Shown here piece after piece: positions 1-8,302 of a stretch of DNA of 51,978 nt; the first letter of the stretch is position 1, and every line of letters starts with the position of its first letter. The stretch spans positions 1 through 51,978 of the forward strand of contig JAHLWZ010000906.1 of assembly GCA_020536535.1 (NCBI GenBank). The letters are read 5' to 3'. The translations under genes and the position numbers were made by a program. Below the pieces are notes generated by a model. It worked only from the letters and a program-made list of their open reading frames with translations. It was not told the DNA's origin and made no database searches. The stretch is from Pelomyxa schiedti (Eukaryota > Protista > Evosea).

Positions 1-108
1 TATACCCCCTTGGCACAGACCACATTTGTGTGAAACGGAGCCACAGCAGCCTTGATGTGTTTACCACAAAAAACCTACGCACACCCATCAAGAGCATCCA
101 TCAGCCAA
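1..108 (+). repeat. Direct repeat, copy 1 (copy 2 at 7110-7217)
   Basis: Manual alignment at offset 7109 gives 104/108 identical (mismatches at 3, 28, 78, 92). It may extend left of the window. Confidence 0.95.
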
Positions 109-275
109 ACATGGAAATACTGCAGGTGTACACCAAACCGTGTATCGTCGTGTGGATGCAGAAGAAAGCGAAAACCGATGCTGCGCAACCACCACCAGCA
201 ACTGAACGAGTGTTTGTGGTAGCGGATGGTTCCACTGGTGATATCTTGGCCACTCTGTCTGTGTTATACCAATGA
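1..275 (+). CDS. 3' part of a hypothetical protein truncated by the window edge (YPLGTDHICVKRSHSSLDVFTTKNLRTPIK...LATLSVLYQ*)
   Basis: Frame starting at base 3 is open to the TGA at 273-275. A near-identical paralogous piece at 7110-7217 keeps the same frame. No recognised domain. Confidence 0.4.
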   Translation, partial: YPLGTDHICVKRSHSSLDVFTTKNLRTPIKSIHQPNMEILQVYTKPCIVVWMQKKAKTDAAQPPPATERVFVVADGSTGDILATLSVLYQ

Positions 276-1660
276 AAGTTGCCAAGCTGAAACGATTCTT
301 GTGACATTGGCTAATGGGAACCAAGTGAGGATTAACCCCATCATTCTAAATACAGTTGCCCTCCTGTGTCCACTGCTGCAAGAAGACCACATCCAGGAAG
401 GATGATTACATCCCGATTATGAACCATGTGGTTTTTGTATTTGATGGAGCACACTTCAAACACAAACGAAATTCTCATTCAATTCCCTTTTCTCTCCTTT
501 AGTCCAAGTGAAAGGGGTGTCGCTTATAAGCCCTGTCTCCCGAGACCCCATGAATTCCAGAAGGCGTCTGACTTCTGAGGGTTGCCAGGGCTGACTCCCT
601 TTTTCGGGAATTCATCACATTCGCATCATCCCCCCTCGAACAAGCGTGTGTCCCCACACGCGTTACCCCTCGTGGCGGACGAGTTTGCGATTTCTTCAGG
701 ATGTCGCTGCCGCACTCATGTTGGTCTTGTAACTCTTTGTGGTGATAGGGTTCGTCGTCTTGGCGACGTGTTTGTGGCGCGTCATCACTCTTTATCTCCG
801 TGTATTGCTTTGAGTTGTTTCTAAAGTGGTTTTGTTCCTTTACTCATTTTGCTTCCTGCTTTGACCTTTCTTCCACAGAGACTATCCCTGTCATCTGGGG
901 CACCAGCGCCATCAGCTGTAATGGTGGATTTGTTCACCATGCTCACCTCACTTGCAAACAAATCCTGTTACCTGAGTGTGAAAACACTCAGCGGTGAGAC
1001 GGCTCCATGGTTTCCCGCAGCTCAGGAGCTTTGAGCAGCACCTTTGCCCCAGGAGAATGCTCCTCATTTCCACCAGTGCTCGATGCATGCTCAGGTGTGT
1101 TGATTCTTACTCCAAATAGAGAAGTCCGGATTGACCTAGCACAAGTCAAAAAAGGACTAAGAGCCAACAAACTCCCCCCACCTTGAAGGTATGGTACTTC
1201 CTATATCTGATAACCGTTTTCCTAAGAAGGGCTACTACCTTATCACTCCTAAGATAAATTGCCTTGCATCACCACATGAATTTTCTCTTGGCAACTGCAC
1301 TTCCCCATTTTCTGCAGGCATCATGGGTGCACAGAGGAACTGCAACCCGTGCAAGGGACTCTGCCTTGGAATTCACCCATGCAACTTTTGATCCACGCCA
1401 TGCGTACTCTGGTTTGTGTTCTCATTATTGTTTCTGCTCTAGATTATCACTGGGATTCTGGGCAATTTCCTTTGCCTGGTAGATTTGCTGTACGGCTTTG
1501 GACTTTACATTCCCATTCACATGCTTGTATGGCACCTTCCAAGATGATTGGTCTTTGTGGTGGCTCTCATCATGGGTATGCATCATTGCCGGTGTTTCTC
1601 GACTCATTCTTTCCCAGCTGCATCTCTACCACGGTATTCTGTGTTTGTTGCTAGGATTTT

Positions 1661-1712
1661 GCAACTGTCCTGTTACCAGTTGGCAATTTCGCAACTGTCC
1701 TGTTACCAGTTG
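1661..1712 (+). repeat. Small tandem duplication, 22-nt unit at 30-nt period (gcaactgtcctgttaccagttg x2)
   Basis: Exact copies at 1661-1682 and 1691-1712. Confidence 0.9.
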
Positions 1713-2080
1713 CATTATGGACTGCTCTGATTGACTGGGCCATCGGCTCTGGGTGACTTGCTGCTTTGTGTGTATATGTTATATCACCCAGTACCAAGTT
1801 AATCCCTTTGCAGTTGTGAATGGTTGCAAAGTTCTACTGCACCTGGTCTTCTCGGGATTCCAACAAAGTTGCCTCACGGCCTTGACATAAATGGGTTTTG
1901 GTGATTGTTCAGTGGCTTGTGTCTTTTGATTATCACTAGAACCACAAAAAAAATCGACGAGGGGAGGCCATGCCACCAGTGGCGTGAAGAGGAACAAGCA
2001 GTGGACAAGCAGAACCCATTTGCTTTTTGTTGTCTTCTTCGCCACAACTTGTGATTATTTTATCTATTGGAGTGTTTTTG

Positions 2081-2190
2081 ATTTTATTTATTTAACGAAT
2101 TTATTTTTAAATAATTATAATGTATTAACTTCTTTATTATTAATTAAATTATTAGATAATAATTAAGTTTAAAATTATTAAATAATTTTA
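2081..2190. other. Extremely AT-rich island
   Basis: 7 G/C in 110 nt (~94% AT) by manual count, in a window otherwise near 45% GC. Confidence 0.9.
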
Positions 2191-3085
2191 ATTACGCCTC
2201 CAGTTCTTTTTTCCATTCAACCTGTATTAGAAGTCTCCGCATTACACCAGCATTTACGGCAGCTTTCCACCAGTATGTGGCTTCTTCTTTCTTCGTTTTC
2301 TCACGTAGGATAATTTAGGTGCCGGACGTGGTGTCTGTAATCCCAGCTGGGTAGGTAACTTCCTTCTGTATTTTATAATACTGGCACGGTGGTATGTAGT
2401 TTTTTTTTTACAGTTGCCCCAGATGGCAACCGCCAACGTACATCCCTCCCCCCTCGTCACCCCACTCAACGTACTAGGTACCAGACTGGGCACCAGGCCG
2501 AATTCCTCACACTCACTCTCACCATCCTCACCTCACACCTCTATGTACAAGCCTAAAGTCGAAAATCGACAAAAGGGCAGAAAACTGTTTTTTTTTTGTC
2601 TGAAGTCCTTTTTTGTCATTGCTGAACAGCTGTAGGTACCGGACTGACCAACCCCAACTTCCCTAACCCACTCTCCCTCTTTTCCGCTTTCCAACTACCA
2701 CACTTTACTGTGACGGGTGCACAACCAGGCCCAAATTTCCCTTCTTACTCTTTCACTCTCGTACCCACAACGCCCACTTCTCTCCAAAATGTGGATTTAA
2801 AAGAACGTGGCACGATTTGGTATACAAGTGACAACCACCGACGTACATCCTTCTTGTCATGTCAGCAGCGGCAGGCAAGTTGACCACCTCAGTGTAAAAA
2901 AAACCAGTGCGGAAGGAACAGATGGAATTTACCTTGCCCGCTGGAATGATAGTTATCTACTATGGGAAAAAGAAAACAAAGTAACAAGAAGCCACATACC
3001 ACTAAAAAATTCTGTTTTTCTCGTTTGACTCGCCGCGGAGGAGGAGGGAGGAAAAAAAATTGACGAGGACTTTTCACGTGACACG

Positions 3086-3132
3086 AAGTGCGCCACTGGC
3101 GCCTGGCGCGCTGTGCGAAAATCGGCGCACTT
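3086..3132. repeat. Inverted repeat aagtgcgcc...ggcgcactt; motif shared with 51668-51700
   Basis: Arms at 3086-3094 and 3124-3132. The 12-mer aagtgcgccact (3086-3097) recurs exactly at 51668-51679. Confidence 0.8.
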
Positions 3133-3188
3133 GTTGAAAGTTCGAAACTGCACCGACCATGAACCAGTTATTGTGTTAATAATTTAAA

Positions 3189-5890
3189 TCAAAGAGAAAG
3201 AGAGGAGAGGAACTGAATGGCATCAGAGGATGACATCCTTGTGTTCTTGTCAGACGCCATCATCTGAACAAGAACTTCCTTCATCTGCTGTGGAATGCTC
3301 TTGTTGCTGCTTCTGGGTGTGGTTGTTGATGATGTGGAACTGCTAGGAGAAGGAGGAAGGGGGTGGGGGTCAGGGAGAGGGAACAAGGCCAGGAGCTTGG
3401 CAGGTGCGAACGTTGCCATGTTGTTGTTGAGTGTGCTCCCAATGAACTTGTGGTTCGTGGGAAGGAGTGCGTCATAGAACGTGATGGCAAGTGCGAATGA
3501 GTCGCACTTTGAATAAGAGAAGGGTGATGTGCCATTGGCCCTGAGTGTCCTCGCAAGTGTGCTCACCTCTGGTGGCATTGTGCCTGTGTTCCCCCACAGT
3601 TGATCCTCTGATGACATTGTGACCTCAAGGTCTGCTCTTGGGCATCTCTTTGCTTCACCAAAGTCGATAAGAGACAGTGTGTTTGTTGCTGGGTCAACCA
3701 ACAGGTTGTCTTCCTTGATGTCCCTGTTTTGTTTTTGATTGTGTTGGGGTGTGGTCAGTGAACTGAGATCAGAAAAACCAAAACCTGTGAACAATCTTGT
3801 TGATTTCAATGTGGTTCACTGCTTTGAGTGCCTGTTGGAACGTTTTCAGTGTCATCTCCCATGGTGGGAGAGGTGCTTTGGAGGAGGGGTGAAGGAGAAG
3901 GGATTGGAGAAAAGAGGAGAGAGGGATTCCACCAAAAGGCATGATGAATGCAAGTGATTTATTCAGTGCCATCTCTCTGAAAACAGATTGGCTTGCCGGA
4001 ATTTGTTCAATGAACTCGTCAGGCAATCTTTTGTTGAATCATTGTGTGTGATGACAAAAAGAGACCCTCACCTGGGAATGACGAGTGCACCAAGTGGTTG
4101 GATCACATTGGGGTGCGGTGTCATGGAAGAGAGAATCACACACTCAGTCATGTATTTCTGCCTCAGCCTGGTGTGCCTTGGTGTGTTCTCCCAGTTGAAA
4201 AGCACCTTCATCACCATTGATGACTGTGTTGTTGGCAATCCACCACCAGTGGAAAACCCCACTTTGAATGCAGCGGCACTTGCACCTGTTCCAAGGAGTT
4301 TCTCTGGTGTGAAGTCGGACATGTCTGCTGGAATCAATGAAATCATCTGTCCCATTCGTTCCTGTACGTTTTGTAAAAAGAGGAGAAATTTTGTGAAAAT
4401 AACCTTCTCTTTCTGGGATTCCTCCATCAGAATTGAAAGTTTTGTGTTCAGCCTTGCATTTTCTTCTGCCAGAATCTCATTCTGAGCTTTGAGATGAGAC
4501 AAAGATTCTGTCAAATTGTTGCTCAGGATTCTTGCTTCAGCCTTCAGTTGTGTGTTATTATTGTCAATGATGATTGTGTTTGTTCAGTGGCTTGTTTGTG
4601 TGAAGAGAGCAATGAAGGAGAATGAAACCTTGTGTCTTGCCACTTCTTCTGTGAGCTGTTTCCTCAGATTTTCTGCAACAGTTCGTTCCTGCGTTTTTGG
4701 TGATGCTGGTTTTTTTTTTCAGAACAGGAAGAGGTGGGATGATACATCTTCCAGTTGTTTCTTCAGTGAGGAAATTTTATGTGTCTGTATTTCGAGGTTG
4801 AGAGGTTTAAGTAATTAGGCCAACAAATACAAAAGCACACCTCTTCAGAATGCAGCGTTTCTTCAAGGAGGTGTTCTTCAACTAGTTTTTCCAATGTACC
4901 CACTTGTCGTTGCAGTGGAGGTATGTTCCTCCCATTGTTGCTCCCTGATGGGATCTCGGCTAGGCTCTTTGTAGCACCCCTGTGGCCAAGTTTGGCAGCC
5001 TTAACCAACCAATTGTGTGACTGCTCAACGTTGCAGTCAACACCAACACCATCTCTGAGACACACACCAAGGTGAAACATTGAAACTGGATCACCAGCGT
5101 CGGCACCCATCTGGTAATATCCAACAGCAGCTCTCTTGTCTGTTGGTGCTCCACAGTCTCCCCTTTCACAATACTCTCCAAGTTCCCCAAGTGCTTCTGG
5201 CTGCCCCCTGAAATGGGATGCTACCTCCTTGAACAACTCACGAGCCTTTTTGGTGTTCAGTTGAACCCCAATGCCCCTTTCATGACAATACCCAAGGAAC
5301 ACCTTGGCCTTGTCACTACCATAAAGCCCCGCAGCAGCGCCGTTGAGTAGTTGCACACCCTTTGCCACGTCCCTTCCCACGCCACACCCCCACAAGTAAC
5401 ACCACCCAAGGTACGCCTGTGCAACTCTGGCCTCACTGATCTCTTGGAAGATCGCCACAGCCTTTGCCCAGTCCCTCTCCACGCCCTCGCCACGCAAATA
5501 ACACACACCAACCCGCCATGTGTACCCCCTGGGCTTGGTGATCGAAGCGTAGATCGACGCAGCCCTCGGCTTGTCGCACTCCACACCCACGCCGTGCTGA
5601 TAGCACCACCCGAGCGCCACCATCGCGTCGCGGTCGCCCAAGTCGGCGGCCATGGACCACGCCGACACCGCCTTGTCGACGCCGCTGGAACCACCCTTGT
5701 AGTACTCCCGCCCAACCAGGAACAGGCCAGGGCCATCACGTGCAGTGGTGTACAAGCGCAGGGCCTCGTCGAGGTTCGGGACCACCCCGCGCTCTCCGAG
5801 GTAACGCCGCGCCAGATCACTCATTGCTTGGGTGTTGCCTGCGTCGGCCTGCCCGCGGAGGAAGTGGATGTCGGAGGGGCATCTTGCCAT
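3189..5890 (-). CDS. Sel1-like repeat / coiled-coil / Ser-Thr protein kinase (multi-exon)
   Basis: 4763-5890 encodes ~7 Sel1/TPR-like repeats (AMVALGWCYQHGVGVECD, SMFHLGVCLRDGVGV). A coiled coil follows, then LGTGASAAAF (Gly loop), MVMKVL (Lys), HR|DIKEDN joined across intron 3724-3784, IDFGEA and TMPPE. A further GT-AG intron lies at 4028-4071; the introns in 4540-4840 are less certain. Confidence 0.85.
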
Positions 5891-5976
5891 TTTTTATTAC
5901 TTTTTCTTATGGTGTTGTGATCGCAAGCCACACAACATGCCCACAACAAACTAATCACCATTGTTGGCTGCAATGT

Positions 5977-6147
5977 ATGGTGGTGTTGTTGGCAATACCA
6001 CCATACATCAGTTCCCTCGTTGAGAATGCCGACAGAGGCGACAGGGGGGAACTGGCCTGGTGTTACCACTACAGTAAACGTGGAGTGGACAAGGACCTGG
6101 ACAAGGCAATGCACCTGTACCGCGCCGTCCGCAACAGTCCAGGGTGA
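5977..6147 (+). pseudogene. Truncated single Sel1-repeat fragment, divergent from the Sel1-kinase gene
   Basis: SLVENADRGDRGELAWCYHYSKRGVDKDLDKAMHLYRAVRNSPG* aligns to the first repeat of the neighbour (FLRGQADAGNTQAMSDLARRYLGERGVVPNLDEALRLYTTARDGPG) and stops right after it. Confidence 0.5.
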
Positions 6148-6349
6148 AACCGGCATCGATTTCCACCTGAGTCCTATCTCTTGATGGTGGGCAATTGGGA
6201 TCAGAAAAGGAGTTCCTGATGTATGCATCCATATCGAAAGTCGCATAATGTGGTGAATAAGGAGATGCCGGCTTACTGGGTGATACCTTTGCCTTAGCGG
6301 GTTACTGGGGAGGTGTGTGTGTGGCTTTGACTGTGTTTGGGGTTGCGGT

Positions 6350-6760
6350 TTATTGGGCATCGGAGGTTGCACATGAACCTGTGGCAGTGACTGCGGTTGT
6401 GGCTGTGGGTGGCTCTGAATACCGCTGCAGCTCTGGTTGCAGTTGTCGCTTCGGGATGTGGGGCAGTGGCACAGTATTTAACTGAGGAAGTGGTGGCAGC
6501 GTGCTGCCAGCTGGTAATTTTTTGTTGCGGATCTGAACAGCACTGCCTTTTTGTATAGAACATTGAACTTCAGCACCGGGCAATGGGGGTATCTTGAAGC
6601 CGTGAGTGAGGTTTGAATGAATGAAGTACCGAGCCAGTAAATCAAATAACTTCTCCTGGGTGGCCACATCCAAATCTTTGTAAAGTTGTATGTATTCATG
6701 GGCAAGCTTTTCCGATTTTATTCTAATGTTTTGGACCACAGGGGATTCAATTACTTCCTA
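6350..6760 (-). CDS. Hypothetical protein exon (helical N-part, Pro/Gln-rich C-part); possibly frameshifted
   Basis: 129-codon ORF with protein-like composition and a plausible AG acceptor near 6760. A Pro/Gln-rich run continues in another frame below ~6410. No domain recognised. Confidence 0.3.
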
Positions 6761-7070
6761 AATCCAGCTTTTCAATAAAAACGAAGAAACAAACACAAAC
6801 CTTCCATGGTTTCACTGCTGACTTCGCAGCAGGGTTCTGAACTGCAGGATAATAATTCTGGCTTTGCAAAGGTAGTTGGCTTCAGTGCTGTTCTCTGCAA
6901 AACAGCTCAGTTCAAGCCACGTCAAATAAAAAAAAGGAAAGTGATGTTGGTGGCTCGAGTAACTTGGGGTGCACTGATAGGATAGGGGGAATTGCTGTGT
7001 TATTTTTTTTTTTTTTTGTTAATTATGAAGCGTTTGGAGACTTGTCTGAATTTTCTTCTGTGATTTGCAG

Positions 7071-7255
7071 ATCAGGTAGAGGTGAAGACATTCTCCAATT
7101 CGGTAGGAATACACCCCCTTGGCACAGACCACATTTATGTGAAACGGAGCCACAGCAGCCTTGATGTGTTTACCACAAAAAACCTAGGCACACCCATCAA
7201 TAGCATCCATCAGCCAACACAGTGGGAACAAAGTGATGTCGTGCAGCTTTCATGA
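7071..7255 (+). pseudogene. Truncated paralog of the gene at the window start
   Basis: After acceptor ttgcag (7070) the frame reads ..QVEVKTFSNSVGIHPLGTDHIYVKRSHSSLDVFTTKNLGTPINSIHQP, then diverges from copy 1 and stops at 7253-7255. Confidence 0.5.
7110..7217 (+). repeat. Direct repeat, copy 2 (copy 1 at 1-108)
   Basis: 104/108 identity to bases 1-108. Confidence 0.95.
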
Positions 7256-7286
7256 CCAAATTCAAACTTGAATTCCGCGATGCAGA

Positions 7287-7615
7287 ATGATCACCCCAAA
7301 ACAAAAGAAACAGGGGCCCCAAGCAGAAACATCGAAGAATGAGCGGCCACCAAGCAGAGAAAAACCAAATCCTGCTGAGTCTTATGGTGCTGCTGCAAGA
7401 TTCCGGTACAGGGAGGATGAGCCCGATGATGAAAGTATGCCGTTGAAGATGCCACCCTACCCTTTTTTTCTCACCATTTCGCTTCCCCCTTGCAACAACC
7501 AGTCGACTCCGTTTCAGACGGGGAGTACAAGCCACTGCAACATCGTCACAGCGCCGTGCGTGATCCCGATACCAGTGATGATGATGCCACGGGGTCCACC
7601 ACCCAGAAGAAGTAG
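7287..7615 (+). CDS. Small hypothetical low-complexity protein, 2 exons
   Basis: ATG at 7287 and a GT-AG intron at 7435-7502 (gtatgc...aaccag) join EDEPDDE-IDSVSDGEYKPLQ...TQKK* in frame; stop at 7613-7615. Confidence 0.35.
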
Positions 7616-7779
7616 GACCCGTCCATCGAGTCTCCACCACACTGATAGTAGTACTTGACGAGCTAACACATACCCAAGTACTTGTTGCTAGGACTAGCAA
7701 CGAAATTTCAAACGGTACTTTGCAAATAACAACCCACTGCGAAGGAGTGGGAAATTTCGTCCCTCCTTCTTTCTTCTGA

Positions 7780-8240
7780 TTGGACACGATGATGATGGCC
7801 AGCACCAACAACACGGCTACACCCGGCGGCGGTGGTGGCGCGGGGCGGCCGACGCGGGGCCGCTCCTCCTCCTCCGCCGCCGCGAACAACGTGATCGCGG
7901 CGCCCCTCGACGTAAGCGACGACGAGGCCGACGACTACGGCGACGACGACGACGAAGCGTTCCAGGCCCAGCTCGCCAACGTGCTCCGCCAGCAACAGCA
8001 ACAACAGCAGCAGCAGCAACAGCACACGACGACGCCGTCTCGGCTACCAAAAATTACGTCGCCGACGTCATCGCACACCGGCGCGGCGGCTACGGCTACG
8101 GCGACAGCGACGGGGACGGCTGCGCGTAACGCGGCTGTTGGGGGATATTCGCCATTGAGCAGCCCCTTCCCCTCATGCTGCGGCGGCGGCGACCGTAACA
8201 TAACCACCAACACAACAACGGCAGCAACGGCGGCAGCAGC

Positions 8241-8302
<62 letters not shown>

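Noticed and set aside
582-1750. Short ORFs resembling a decayed gene; LSVKTLSGET looks like a ubiquitin N-terminus
   Set aside because: Multiple stops and frame changes, no consistent splice model, and similarity to ubiquitin ends after ~10 residues.
5257-5920. Long overlapping ORFs on both strands in GC-rich 5' exons (also 7700-8340, 44550-45970, 46550-47280)
   Set aside because: Shadow ORFs caused by GC-rich, TpA-poor, low-complexity sequence that lacks stop codons; no domain content.
1-7217. LTR retrotransposon bounded by the direct repeats
   Set aside because: No gag/RT/RNase H/integrase motifs inside, and the repeat is itself protein-coding sequence.
7920-7990. Possible ubiquitin-interacting motif (DDDEAFQAQLANVLRQ)
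   Set aside because: It lacks the conserved Ala/Ser spacing of a UIM; an acidic-helical resemblance only.
8242-8298. (AGT)n tract as a telomeric or structural repeat
   Set aside because: It is in frame as poly-Ser within exon 1, an ordinary coding microsatellite.
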